Source: Candidatus Woesearchaeota archaeon (lineage in GTDB: Archaea; Nanobdellota; Nanobdellia; Woesearchaeales; ARS49). From it: 64,000 nucleotides of DNA. The stretch is from the NCBI GenBank assembly GCA_038891615.1, contig JAWADY010000002.1:32001-96000 (forward strand), in the 5' to 3' direction. The notes below the pieces were generated by a model. That model was not told the DNA's origin. It saw nothing but the letters and a program-made list of their open reading frames with translations, and did no database searches. Shown one piece after another: positions 46,073-55,518 of this stretch (position 1 is the stretch's first letter; every line of letters starts with the position of its first letter). Both the position numbers and the translations under genes were made by a program.

Positions 46073-46359
46073 GAATGGGCAAAATGAGCGGAAAAAAGGG
46101 TGCTGAAGCCATTTGGTACATAATCGCGCTTGTCATTGGGCTAATAGTTCTTGTTGTGCTGGTAGCATTATTTACAGGAAAGGTAAAGCTGTTTGGCAAG
46201 GCAGGAGAAGAAATCGAAAAAGGTGTTCGTGGAAATCTTTGTTTTGAGCAGGGTTTTTGTGAAGCGGGCACTGCTTGTCCTCCTGGTTCAACAGCAATCC
46301 CGCGCCCTGCTGCTGGCTGGACAGATTGCACAGGGATTTGTTGCAAGCAAGTTGGATAA
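46069..46359 (+). CDS. Small pilin-like protein with Cys-rich tip
   Basis: KKG/AEAIWYIIALVIGLIVLVVL; ends ICCK. Confidence 0.75.
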   Translation: MRMGKMSGKKGAEAIWYIIALVIGLIVLVVLVALFTGKVKLFGKAGEEIEKGVRGNLCFEQGFCEAGTACPPGSTAIPRPAAGWTDCTGICCKQVG

Positions 46360-46391
46360 AGTTTTTATACGCAAGAGCCACTTGATTTTTT

Positions 46392-46505
46392 ATGCACAAA
46401 AGAGGCGTTGAAAAAAGCACTTTGTTATACCTCATCCTAATCCTTATCTTTCTTGCGCTTGCAGCCTATATTCTTGTGAGAATTGCTGGGAGGATTTTTG
46501 GATGA
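46392..46505 (+). CDS. 37-aa micro-pilin (not in ORF track)
   Basis: MHKRG/VEKSTLLYLILILIFLALAAYILVRIAGRIFG*; ATGA overlap with the next gene. Confidence 0.7.
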   Translation: MHKRGVEKSTLLYLILILIFLALAAYILVRIAGRIFG

Positions 46506-47218
46506 GCCTGCTCATTGTCAGAAGGAAGGGAATAACAGAAACAGGATTAGTGGCAATAATCCTTGTCCTTGCCTCTGGCATTGTTCTTGGAGCTCTTGTC
46601 TATCAGTTTACTGTTAAGGGGAAGCAGGTTGGCTCTATCGAGCTTTGCAGACAGAATGTGCTAACTGCTAGCAAAGTTGTAGCGCTTGGCAAAGCAGATA
46701 TTTGGCCAATCACCAACTGCTTTACAGAAGACCTTGGCAAACTTCCAGAAAAAGAAGAAGAAGCCATTACTCTGATTGCCGAGGGTATTAGGAAGTGCTG
46801 GTACATGTGGGGCGAAGGAAAGCTAACTCCATGGAGCTCTACATGGCTATCAAGAAACATCATGTGTCATGTTTGTACGATGTTTGAGCCAAGCGCAGAA
46901 GTGAGTATTGAAAAGCTTCATGGTTGGATGAGGACTCACAACATTCCTGGCAAAGAATTAACCTACTATGACTTTTTGAAAGAAGGCTACATCCCTTTCA
47001 TCTATCCAGCACTTGAAGAAGAAGCCAAAGCCAAAAAAGTTGACCTCACAAAAGGAATGAAATGGGCTGTCTTTTATGCCTATGGAACGCGCGCGGATTG
47101 GCTAAGATTTCCCCTCATTGGTGGACTTGTGCTTGAAGAACCAAAACAAGGCGTTGCCTTCCTGCCGACAAATGAACTCGGAGGCATATGTACATATACT
47201 ACGATAAAACTCAAATGA
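46502..47218 (+). CDS. Pilin-like protein
   Basis: RRKG/ITETGLVAIILVL; C..NV, IA..I..CW..WGEG.L, CHVC shared with next gene. Confidence 0.72.
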   Translation: MSLLIVRRKGITETGLVAIILVLASGIVLGALVYQFTVKGKQVGSIELCRQNVLTASKVVALGKADIWPITNCFTEDLGKLPEKEEEAITLIAEGIRKCWYMWGEGKLTPWSSTWLSRNIMCHVCTMFEPSAEVSIEKLHGWMRTHNIPGKELTYYDFLKEGYIPFIYPALEEEAKAKKVDLTKGMKWAVFYAYGTRADWLRFPLIGGLVLEEPKQGVAFLPTNELGGICTYTTIKLK

Positions 47219-48138
47219 AAAGGGCGCAAGTAACAACACAGACACTCTTGGTAGTGCTCGTGCTTTTACTCGTAGCAGCTGTCATCTTTATTTCTTTTCA
47301 GACAAGACTCTTTGGCTTAGCAGAAGCCAAAAGTGCAAAGGATGTTTGCAAAACTTCTGTCTATGCCAATGCGCTGCTTGGAAGAAGTGTTGGAATCTTT
47401 TCTTCGGATATAAAATGTCCAACTCAGTATCTTCAGATAGACAATAGTGATGTTGCACATGCAAAGTTTGAGATTGCAAAAGCTCTGTCAGATTGTTGGG
47501 AACAATTTGGAGAAGGCAGGCTTGAGCTTTTTTCTGGAGAAGGTGTTTTTTGTTCCGTATGTCATTTGATAACTTTTAAGCACAAAGAAAAAGCAATAAG
47601 CGGGCTTTTAGACTATCTTGCAACTAACAAAAAACCCCTTACTGACAAAAGCTATCTTGATTATCTAACAAGCTATCACACTTCAGGAAGCGAGGTTCTT
47701 AAGGCATATGCAGCTGAAAAGCTCCCGCCTGACATTCTTGACCCATCGCGAGGCAACACCTATGCAACAATCTTCTACTATGTCAAGGGTAAAGACCATG
47801 TGAAGGATGTTATTGAAAGAGCCCAAGCAGCAGCACCTGGCATTGGGCTTGAAGCACTTGGTATCGGATTGATAAAGGCAGGCAGTGCAACAGCTGGCTT
47901 GATTTCAGCAACCGGCATTGGTGCGCCTCTAGGTGTAGTTGTTGCAAAGGTCTCAACAATTGTCGGCGGAGTTTTGATTGTTGGCGGAGCAGGCTATGCC
48001 CTCCTCGCTGGTTGGTTCGGCGGAGTCCCTGTAGAATTCCTCTCACAAGTACGCCTCGAGCCTTACAACGAGCAAACGCTTAAAAACCTCGGATGCCAAA
48101 TCCTGCCTGCAGCTGAAAAAGCAGAGGTTGGAAGGTGA
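47215..48138 (+). CDS. Pilin-like protein with Gly-rich hydrophobic hairpin
   Basis: MKRA/QVTTQTLLVVLVLLL; CWEQFGEG, CSVC; C-terminal Gly/Ala-rich hydrophobic region. Confidence 0.72.
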   Translation: MKRAQVTTQTLLVVLVLLLVAAVIFISFQTRLFGLAEAKSAKDVCKTSVYANALLGRSVGIFSSDIKCPTQYLQIDNSDVAHAKFEIAKALSDCWEQFGEGRLELFSGEGVFCSVCHLITFKHKEKAISGLLDYLATNKKPLTDKSYLDYLTSYHTSGSEVLKAYAAEKLPPDILDPSRGNTYATIFYYVKGKDHVKDVIERAQAAAPGIGLEALGIGLIKAGSATAGLISATGIGAPLGVVVAKVSTIVGGVLIVGGAGYALLAGWFGGVPVEFLSQVRLEPYNEQTLKNLGCQILPAAEKAEVGR

Positions 48139-48272
48139 TGAAAAAAGGCATATCCCGCGAGGCATTTGTTTACATACTCTTGGCACTTATTGCAATCCTC
48201 ATTGGAGTAATCTTGATAATTTTTTGGGGAGGCGGGGCAGAAAAGGTCCTTAAGTCTCTTGGTTTGGGATAG
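48138..48272 (+). CDS. 44-aa micro-pilin (not in ORF track)
   Basis: MKKG/ISREAFVYILLALIAILIGVILIIFWGGGAEKVLKSLGLG*; TGATG overlap with upstream stop. Confidence 0.7.
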   Translation: MKKGISREAFVYILLALIAILIGVILIIFWGGGAEKVLKSLGLG

Positions 48273-48277
48273 CTCAA

Positions 48278-48634
48278 ATGGACAAAAAAGCTGTTGCAAT
48301 AGAAACAATAGTCATCCTTCTCCTTGCACTTGTTGCTCTCCTTTTCTTTACAGTCCTTGGAGGAAAGCAGCTTCAATTGGGCAAGAAAATAAGCTTTTTC
48401 ATGCCGGGCTGCCCAAAGGGTGTTTTAATAACCACAGAATGTCCATGTGATGGCCAAAAGATAAGTTCAGGTTATTGCTGTGATTTTGGACCAAGCCAAA
48501 AGCCTTGCTTTTGCGTAGAGCGAAATGTTAATAAGTGCGAGGATTACAAAAAGCAAGAGGATTGTGTAAGCAATCCTTGCCAAGTTCAAACTGCTTGCAC
48601 CTTTGAACAAGGTGTTTGCAAAAGGGCTGGTTAA
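48278..48634 (+). CDS. Pilin-like Cys-rich protein
   Basis: DKKA/VAIETIVILLLAL; many Cys. Confidence 0.72.
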   Translation: MDKKAVAIETIVILLLALVALLFFTVLGGKQLQLGKKISFFMPGCPKGVLITTECPCDGQKISSGYCCDFGPSQKPCFCVERNVNKCEDYKKQEDCVSNPCQVQTACTFEQGVCKRAG

Positions 48635-48638
48635 ATAA

Positions 48639-49064
48639 ATGGCAAAAAAAGGGGTAAGTGGAATACAGGTCGTCATAGCACTTTTGATTGGCATCATAGT
48701 GCTCTATGTTGTTGTGGCTTTTATGCAAGCACAGTTCAAGAAGGCTGGAAAGAGTATCGAGGAAATAACTCCTTCCACAATCAGCTTTGCGCTGCAAGGC
48801 TGCAGGCTCCAAGCCGCACGAGGTTTTTCTGATGCAGATAAGGATGGATATCCCGACTTTTGTGATGTCTGCGAAGGCGGTGATGACGGAAAGCACAGCG
48901 ATGCTGACTGGGTTCCAGATGATTGTGATGCGCATGAAAAAACAAAAGGGCTTCCTGCAAAGGAATGTGGTTGTGAAAAGCCAGAAATGGATTCTGAAGG
49001 CAGGCTGATAAAGAGCTGTGGGAGGCTTCTTTCAATCGAGCCATTTAAGTGCGCGAAAAAATGA
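48639..49064 (+). CDS. Pilin-like protein with TSP3-like Ca-binding repeats
   Basis: KKG/VSGIQVVIALLIG; DADKDGYPDFCDVC, SDADWVPDDCD. Confidence 0.72.
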   Translation: MAKKGVSGIQVVIALLIGIIVLYVVVAFMQAQFKKAGKSIEEITPSTISFALQGCRLQAARGFSDADKDGYPDFCDVCEGGDDGKHSDADWVPDDCDAHEKTKGLPAKECGCEKPEMDSEGRLIKSCGRLLSIEPFKCAKK

Positions 49065-49081
49065 ATTTGGTAAAATGAAAA

Positions 49082-49942
49082 ATGAGCAAAAGGAAAGGCC
49101 AGGAAGAAGTTGGAAGGATGCTTTGGGAACTTGTTGCGCTGATACTGGCAGTAACTGTTATCATTGGAGGGATATTGTTTTTTGGAAGGGCATTTGGATT
49201 TATTGGTGAGAGCAAAGAGGAACAGGACACAATCTCAAGCTTTTACAGCCTTGCAACAAAACTAAACGAACTGGCGCTGCTTTCAGAGTCATTCGTTCAT
49301 GACAGGCTACCACTTTTTATTGGGGAAGGATTTGTAATTGTTGGCTTTGACAAAGCTGGAGATATTTCTGTCAATGGTTGCAGCGATGAAACACATCTTG
49401 GAGTTCCAGCTACTGACCTCATCCCAAAGCCAGAGTTCTGTGGCGAGTTTGCTTGCATATGCCTCTATTCTGGCATTAGCGAAGAAGTCGGCGAGAAGCA
49501 GCCAATTTCTTGTGCCAAAATTTTCGCTGACAGATTGATTGGCTTGAGTAGTGCGTATCTTGAAAAAAACTATCCCTCTTTTGAGTCTTTTTGGAAAAAC
49601 GCAATGGGCTCTCGTAGGGATAAGCCAGAACTACAAAGGTTCATGGTAACAGGGACAGAGCCTTTTAGCACTCTTCTCGAAAAAGACTATCCTCTTTTCC
49701 CAAGCTTTGAAAGCTACCCCTATACCTATTTTGTTCTTCATGGTGAGTGTGAAAACTGGTGGTTTGATGCCAACTTTGGCACACAAAGCCTCTATCTTGA
49801 AAAAGTGAGGATAAAAGACAGGAACTATTTATTTATCACCGCAGACATCGAGGACTTTGTAAACAAAAGGGTTGCTGCAATAAAGGATTGGCTAGAGAAG
49901 CAAAAGAGTCAAGAGAAAGCCGAGGGAGGGCTGGTTGGTTGA
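49082..49942 (+). CDS. Pilin-like protein
   Basis: KRKG/QEEVGRMLWELVALILAV; C...ACICLY. Confidence 0.68.
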   Translation: MSKRKGQEEVGRMLWELVALILAVTVIIGGILFFGRAFGFIGESKEEQDTISSFYSLATKLNELALLSESFVHDRLPLFIGEGFVIVGFDKAGDISVNGCSDETHLGVPATDLIPKPEFCGEFACICLYSGISEEVGEKQPISCAKIFADRLIGLSSAYLEKNYPSFESFWKNAMGSRRDKPELQRFMVTGTEPFSTLLEKDYPLFPSFESYPYTYFVLHGECENWWFDANFGTQSLYLEKVRIKDRNYLFITADIEDFVNKRVAAIKDWLEKQKSQEKAEGGLVG

Positions 49943-49943
49943 A

Positions 49944-50777
49944 ATGGTTGTGATTGGCAAGCGAGCCGTTGTTCATCCAGTTGCTCTGACAATTGCAGAG
50001 CTTATTTTAGCCGCAATTATTGTCCTTGCAATGTACAATTTTGCCTCAAGGGCAAGAGAGCCTGGAAGGCTTGAAAAAGAGTTTGTTGCAAAAGACCTTG
50101 GCTTGCTGCTTGACGCCGTTTCCGTTGGCCAAGGGAGTTACTATTTGGTTTACACATCACCAGCCCTTCATCAAGATTTCAAGATTTCTGCAGGCGCCCA
50201 CGAGGTTGTTGTTGATGGCTCAAGGCAGCCCTACGCATCTGGGCGTATAGAAATAAAAGGAGATTCCTTTGGAACAGATAAACTTGTGATCTGGTCTGAA
50301 ACTGGAATTCTTGGCACGCCTTCAGCAGTCAAAGGTCACCTGCTACAGCTTCCTTGCGAAAGCCCACTGTCTTTTTCAACTGATAGGCAGCTTGCGGTAG
50401 CTGCTGATGATGGTGCCAAACAACTTGTTGAAAGACTTTTTGTCAAGGACTTAGGGAAAAGGCTGTTGTCAAATGATGAGAAAGGCGCAAGTGCGCTATT
50501 AAAAATTTTCACAGGAACAAAAAATGGGACAGCGAAGGCATATTTTTGGAAGGATGATAAGTCAGCAAGGTCGCTTGCATGCGCCCTTTTGAACAGCATT
50601 GTCGCTTTTGAAGGAACCAATTCAGCCCTTCTTCTTCCGCTTAATCCTGAGCTTGCACCAAAGCGTTTTGCAGAGCTTGAGAAACAAAAGCCAGCTGTCT
50701 TCCTCGAGCTAGGCCCAGACCTTATTTCAAGCCCTGAACTTGCTCAGGCACTTTATGGTGGTGTTCGAAGTGGCTGA
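49944..50777 (+). CDS. Pilin-like protein
   Basis: GKRA/VVHPVALTIAELILAAII; EKEFVAKDLGLLLD. Confidence 0.65.
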   Translation: MVVIGKRAVVHPVALTIAELILAAIIVLAMYNFASRAREPGRLEKEFVAKDLGLLLDAVSVGQGSYYLVYTSPALHQDFKISAGAHEVVVDGSRQPYASGRIEIKGDSFGTDKLVIWSETGILGTPSAVKGHLLQLPCESPLSFSTDRQLAVAADDGAKQLVERLFVKDLGKRLLSNDEKGASALLKIFTGTKNGTAKAYFWKDDKSARSLACALLNSIVAFEGTNSALLLPLNPELAPKRFAELEKQKPAVFLELGPDLISSPELAQALYGGVRSG

Positions 50778-51318
50778 AAGGCAACAAGCAAACATTTTTA
50801 GCAAAAAGGCTCAACTCCTTAGCCATCACACAAAATTTCTTTTCATAAGCCTTCCATTTGTTATTATCTCCGCTCTTGCGTTGTTTCTTCTCGCAAACAG
50901 GTTTCTTGAAATAAGAGTAAATACCTTTCCCCTCGAGGCAAACGCATTTGTTGAAAGCATACTCTACTCATCTGCTGGGCTGGCTTATGTTGACAATGTA
51001 ACCGGGATTACCTATTCTGGAATCATAGACATCACAAAACTTGAAGAAAAGGACATTGGAAAAAGGTTGTCTAAGGCTTTTAACTATGGTGAAGGGCAAA
51101 GTTACCTTGCAGCAAAGCTTCTGATTGGTGATAGGACAATTTTCTATAACAACGAACCAGAAGCACCTTGGTATGACCGCTGGAAACCAAAGGTTGGGCT
51201 CAAGGGTGCTGGCGGAGTGCAATCGGTTACTTTTGTTAAATATGTGCTCATCAAAAATGGAAGTATGTTAGAACCTGCAACCGTTTACATAGAGTTGCTC
51301 AAGCCTGGTGAGGGCTAA
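50770..51318 (+). CDS. Pilin-like protein
   Basis: SKKA/QLL + hydrophobic helix; LYS..GLAY.D..G..YSGIID; start uncertain. Confidence 0.65.
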   Translation: MAERQQANIFSKKAQLLSHHTKFLFISLPFVIISALALFLLANRFLEIRVNTFPLEANAFVESILYSSAGLAYVDNVTGITYSGIIDITKLEEKDIGKRLSKAFNYGEGQSYLAAKLLIGDRTIFYNNEPEAPWYDRWKPKVGLKGAGGVQSVTFVKYVLIKNGSMLEPATVYIELLKPGEG

Positions 51319-51893
51319 TGGTAATAAATGGAAGAAAAGGCGTTGTTGGGGAGCTATTAGTTGCATTTCTCTCTTTTGCAGGCCTTGCTCTTACAATCCT
51401 ACTCTTCACTTTCATATTCTCTCCAGCAGACTTTCCTGGTCCTCAAACTTTGACCGTGCTTAATGAAGGAGAAACAGATGGCAAACTTAGACTGCTGACC
51501 ATTCTTCGCTCACCAGTTGTTTTTGATGGGGAGAAAATAGATTTTGCAGACATGATTGCACTTTGGCAAGGAAAGCAAGAGCCGCTCGAAAGCATTCTTC
51601 ACTCAGAGCTTGAAAAGCTGCTTAATAACAAGCTAAGTTATGAGTTCGAGCATGCTGGTGTCAAATTTGTGCGCACTTATGCTTTTGCCATTTATAGCAT
51701 AAAAGACGATTTAAGTCGTGGCAAAGAACTAATGAAAGTAGAGGCAAGCGGCTATTCAGGAGGTAAAGAAATAGCCTCAACTCATGTTGCATTAAAGGAT
51801 GGCAATGTGCTTGAGGTTGTGCTATTTTCAAGCGCGCAAAAAAAGCCATCCAAAACTCCTGTTTCGAGCGCTTCATCCATACCTATAAAATAA
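51318..51893 (+). CDS. Pilin-like protein
   Basis: GRKG/VVGELLVAFLSF; LLTILRSPV. Confidence 0.65.
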   Translation: MVINGRKGVVGELLVAFLSFAGLALTILLFTFIFSPADFPGPQTLTVLNEGETDGKLRLLTILRSPVVFDGEKIDFADMIALWQGKQEPLESILHSELEKLLNNKLSYEFEHAGVKFVRTYAFAIYSIKDDLSRGKELMKVEASGYSGGKEIASTHVALKDGNVLEVVLFSSAQKKPSKTPVSSASSIPIK

Positions 51894-51894
51894 A

Positions 51895-52863
51895 ATGGTC
51901 AAATCAAACAAACGCGCAACAATCTTTTTTGAACCACTAATACTTTTGGGGTTAATCGTTGCTCTTAGCATCGCAGCTATTTCTGTTAGCCAAAAAAGGT
52001 CCTCTTTTGGAACAATTGGCAGACCAGCTGCTGACCTTCTTAATTACAATGACTTTGGTGAAGAACTTCTTTTTAAGGTTGAACAAGCAGCGAGGTTTGC
52101 AGTTCGCGATGCGCTTTATGAGTTGGGTGCAAATGGTTGGAGTGCTGAAGGTCCAAACTTAGGTTGTGATAGCCAGCCAATTGGCAAGCCTTTGCTTATC
52201 GAGAGCTTTCCTACACCACAGGAGATTGTTGAAGAACTAACAAAAATTTCTGATAGGAAGCTTAGGGCTTATTCGCTCAGGGCTTCGCAGCTCCTTGGTC
52301 TTGGGAGGTTGGGCTTCCACTTGCCAACAGGTATTGAATATGAGTGGTTTGTTGAGCACTCTGGTGGGCTGTTGAGAGTGAGTGGCATTGCTGACAAGCC
52401 AGTTACCTTCTCATTTAGCTCATACGAGGTAGGTAAACCAACACTCTACGGCCAGCCGCTGCCACTGCCAACTGCTTCAGTTGTTTTTATTCCTCTTGAA
52501 CGTCCAAAACAGCCAGAAGCCCTGCTCTTGCTTTATGGCAATTATTCGATAAGGCCGTCCTTCACAGTCTGGATAGATTACGACCTTTTCGGCGTCTATG
52601 AAAGAATAAAAGAAGGCGTTGAGCAACTCAAAACAATCATTCAGGAAAACAGGGCTCTTGGTTTTGAGGTGACAGACCTGGCGCTCAAAAACAAAGTCAA
52701 GGAGCTGAATTCTGCGCAGGGAGAGCTTGTTTGGCAAGTCCCTAAGAGGACAAGTGAAGATCCGGCTATCTACTCTTTTGTTATTTCTCATAAGAAGCAG
52801 CTTTTAGGATGCAGTCAGCCTATTCAAATAAGGTTTGCGATGAGAATTCCATTAGCTGCTTGA
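51895..52863 (+). CDS. Pilin-like protein
   Basis: NKRA/TIFFEPLILLGLIV; IG....L, EQAARFA..LYELGANG. Confidence 0.65.
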   Translation: MVKSNKRATIFFEPLILLGLIVALSIAAISVSQKRSSFGTIGRPAADLLNYNDFGEELLFKVEQAARFAVRDALYELGANGWSAEGPNLGCDSQPIGKPLLIESFPTPQEIVEELTKISDRKLRAYSLRASQLLGLGRLGFHLPTGIEYEWFVEHSGGLLRVSGIADKPVTFSFSSYEVGKPTLYGQPLPLPTASVVFIPLERPKQPEALLLLYGNYSIRPSFTVWIDYDLFGVYERIKEGVEQLKTIIQENRALGFEVTDLALKNKVKELNSAQGELVWQVPKRTSEDPAIYSFVISHKKQLLGCSQPIQIRFAMRIPLAA

Positions 52864-52940
52864 GGAAGAAGACTATTTGTCATTATTCTGAATCACACAA
52901 ATATTTATAAATTGCTTTCTGCTCGAGCAACTCATAAGGG

Positions 52941-54029
52941 GTGGTTGAACTGATAAGAATTCCTTATGCTGATATTGTTGAAAAGATAAAGTCAAAGACA
53001 GGCATGTCTGAAGAGGAGATAAGACACCTCGTTGAAGAGAAGCAAAGACAGCTTTCTGGCTTGATTTCAAAGGACGGAGCTGCGCACATCGTTGCAAACG
53101 AACTCGGGGTTAAGCTTTTTGAACATGGTAGCAGGTTGAAAATCAAAGAGCTATATCCAGAAATGCGAGCAATCGAGACTGTTGGCAAGGTTCTACAGGT
53201 TTTCCTGCCAAAGCAGTTTGTACGTGCGGATAACACTTTTGGAAACGTTGGAAGCTTTACGTTGGGCGATGAGACAGGCCACATAAGGGTTGTTTGTTGG
53301 GGAAAGAATGCTGAAGCAATGGCAGGGCTGAAGGTTGGGGATGTTGTTAGAATAATTTCTGGATATGTTCGCGAAAACAGAGGCCTAAGAGAGGTTCATC
53401 TTAATGACAATAGCTCACTCATTATTAATCCAGAAGGCATTGACATAACCGAGGTAAAACAACCCGCAGCCGCAATAAAAAAAGCAATTAAGGAACTTTC
53501 TGATGGGGATGAGAATATTGAAATAACAGGTACAGTTATACAGGTTTTTGATTTGAAGTTCTTTGAGTCGTGCCCTGATTGTGGTAAGAGGCTTAAGCAA
53601 GAAGGCTCTGAATGGTTTTGTAGGCTTCACAAGCGCGTGGAACCGACTTACTCTCCTGTTTTAAACTTGATCCTTGATGATGGAACAGATTCGATACGCG
53701 TTGTTCTCTTCAGAAATCAGGTTGAAAGGCTTCTTGACAAAAGCACGCAAGATGTCCTCGCCTATAAGGGCTCTCCTGAAAGCTTTTCAGACTTCAAAAC
53801 AGCTCTGCTTGGAGAAGTACTACGGCTCATCGGTCGGGTAAAACGCAATGAATTTTTTGACAGGCTTGAGTTCACTGCACAACGCGTTTTCAAAATTCAA
53901 CCTGGTCAGGAAGAAGTAAAAGCCGAAGTGCAACCTGCTGAGACTGAAAGAACAGAGTTTAAGCCTGAAGAGCTTGAATTTACTAGTGCTGAGCACTGGT
54001 CACTGGACAACTCTGCGCAGAATATATAA
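52941..54029 (+). CDS. rpa: Replication protein A-like OB-fold ssDNA-binding protein with Zn finger
   Basis: LSGLISKDGAAHIVANELGV, GDETGHIRVVCW, CPDCGKR..CRLH, LDDGTDSIR. Confidence 0.85.
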   Translation: MVELIRIPYADIVEKIKSKTGMSEEEIRHLVEEKQRQLSGLISKDGAAHIVANELGVKLFEHGSRLKIKELYPEMRAIETVGKVLQVFLPKQFVRADNTFGNVGSFTLGDETGHIRVVCWGKNAEAMAGLKVGDVVRIISGYVRENRGLREVHLNDNSSLIINPEGIDITEVKQPAAAIKKAIKELSDGDENIEITGTVIQVFDLKFFESCPDCGKRLKQEGSEWFCRLHKRVEPTYSPVLNLILDDGTDSIRVVLFRNQVERLLDKSTQDVLAYKGSPESFSDFKTALLGEVLRLIGRVKRNEFFDRLEFTAQRVFKIQPGQEEVKAEVQPAETERTEFKPEELEFTSAEHWSLDNSAQNI

Positions 54030-54261
54030 GTTAAGCGATAAGTATTAAAGAATATGAAACAAACACTTGAAAGGTCAGCCCTGCTTTCGAGCAAGCTTTC
54101 GAATGACTCTCACTTAATGCTAAAAGATGTAAAAATGGTTAAAACAGAAGCAGAAAGGATGAAAAAAGCACGCCAATTTAGAAAGTTTTTCAACTTTTCG
54201 TACAAAAGGCAAATAAAAACCACCTCTTGTAAAAGCAAAAAAGATTTGGAGGCGGTGAAAA

Positions 54262-54510
54262 ATGGAAAAGAAAATGCCTGAAAAGAAATTCAGGGCAGGC
54301 GCGGTTAGCGCAACGATATGGCTAAATGAAGGGTTAAGGGATGGGCAAATAGTCAACTACCCCACCGTGTGCTTTGAAAAGGTATACAAGGACAAGTCTG
54401 GGCAGTGGAAATCGACAAATTCTTTAAACATGAGTGATATCCCCAAAGCAATAGTTGTGCTCTCAAAAGCTTTTGAGTTCCTTGCGCTCAAGTCAAAAGA
54501 AACTTCCTAA
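54262..54510 (+). CDS. Small conserved hypothetical protein, possible PC4-like ssDNA-binding fold
   Basis: PEKKFRAGAVSATIWLN..YKDKSGQWKSTNSL..DIPKA..L.KAFEF; GGAGGCGGTG upstream. Confidence 0.7.
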   Translation: MEKKMPEKKFRAGAVSATIWLNEGLRDGQIVNYPTVCFEKVYKDKSGQWKSTNSLNMSDIPKAIVVLSKAFEFLALKSKETS

Positions 54511-54531
54511 AAGCGATAAGGTGACCTCATA

Positions 54532-55518
54532 ATGCCTGGAAAGGAAGAAAGTGGAAAAAGAAAGATAACCTCTGTAGCGGACCTTCCAGGCATAGGACCA
54601 GCAACGCTTGAAAAGCTTGAGGCTGCAGGCTTTAACGACTTGATGTCGGTTGCAGTTGCAACACCTGGCGAGCTTGTTGGAGCTGCAGAGATTTCAGAAG
54701 CAACTGCAAAGAAAATAATCTCAATTGCGCGAGCTAATCTTGAAATGGATTTTGCTTCAGGCGATGAACTTCTAAAGAGACGAGAAAATGTCATGAGAAT
54801 AACAACTGGCAGTAGCGCGCTTGACAAGCTTTTGGGCGGCGGGGTGGAGACTGCAGCCCTGACAGAAGCTTATGGGATGTATGGAAGCGGAAAAAGCCAG
54901 CTAGGCTTTGCGCTCGCAGTTAGATGTCAACTTCCGGTTGAAAAAGGTGGGCTTGGAGGATGTGCTGTTTTTATCGACACAGAAGGGACTTTCAGGCCAG
55001 AAAGGATATCTCAAATAGCCACCGCTCTTGGAATGTCTCCACAAGAAGTTCTAAAGAACATCAAAGTTGCACGAGCAATAAACGCAGACCATCAAATGCT
55101 TCTTGCTGAAAAAATTGAAGACTTGATAAAGAATCAAGGTTTGCCTGTCAAACTTGTTGTAATAGACAGTCTGACTGCTCATTTTAGGGCAGAATTCGTT
55201 GGGCGAGGCACCCTTGCAGACAGGCAGCAGAAAATAAATAGGCACATGCACAGACTGCTGAGGCTCGCAGAACAGTACAATCTTGCGGTCTATGTAACAA
55301 ACCAGGTCATGTCAAAGCCTGATGTGTTCTTTGGAGACCCAACCGAAGCCATCGGTGGTAACATAGTTTTCCACAACAGCACCTACAGGCTCTATCTAAG
55401 GAAAGGAAGAAAAGGCACACGTGTTGCAAAGATGGTTGATGCCCCAAACATTCCAGAATCAGAAGCCGTTTTCGTCATTGATGAGAGCGGTGTCCGTGAC
55501 GCAAAAGGGCTTGATTGA
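54532..55518 (+). CDS. radA: DNA repair and recombination protein RadA
   Basis: DLPGIG HhH, ITTGS..LDKLLGGG, GMYGSGKS, IDTEGTFRPER, FRAEFVGRG.LADRQQ. Confidence 0.97.
   Translation: MPGKEESGKRKITSVADLPGIGPATLEKLEAAGFNDLMSVAVATPGELVGAAEISEATAKKIISIARANLEMDFASGDELLKRRENVMRITTGSSALDKLLGGGVETAALTEAYGMYGSGKSQLGFALAVRCQLPVEKGGLGGCAVFIDTEGTFRPERISQIATALGMSPQEVLKNIKVARAINADHQMLLAEKIEDLIKNQGLPVKLVVIDSLTAHFRAEFVGRGTLADRQQKINRHMHRLLRLAEQYNLAVYVTNQVMSKPDVFFGDPTEAIGGNIVFHNSTYRLYLRKGRKGTRVAKMVDAPNIPESEAVFVIDESGVRDAKGLD

Noticed and set aside
54054-54281. 75-aa ORF between rpa and the small protein gene
   Set aside because: No motif or ribosome-binding site, overlaps the next gene's RBS and start; cannot be supported
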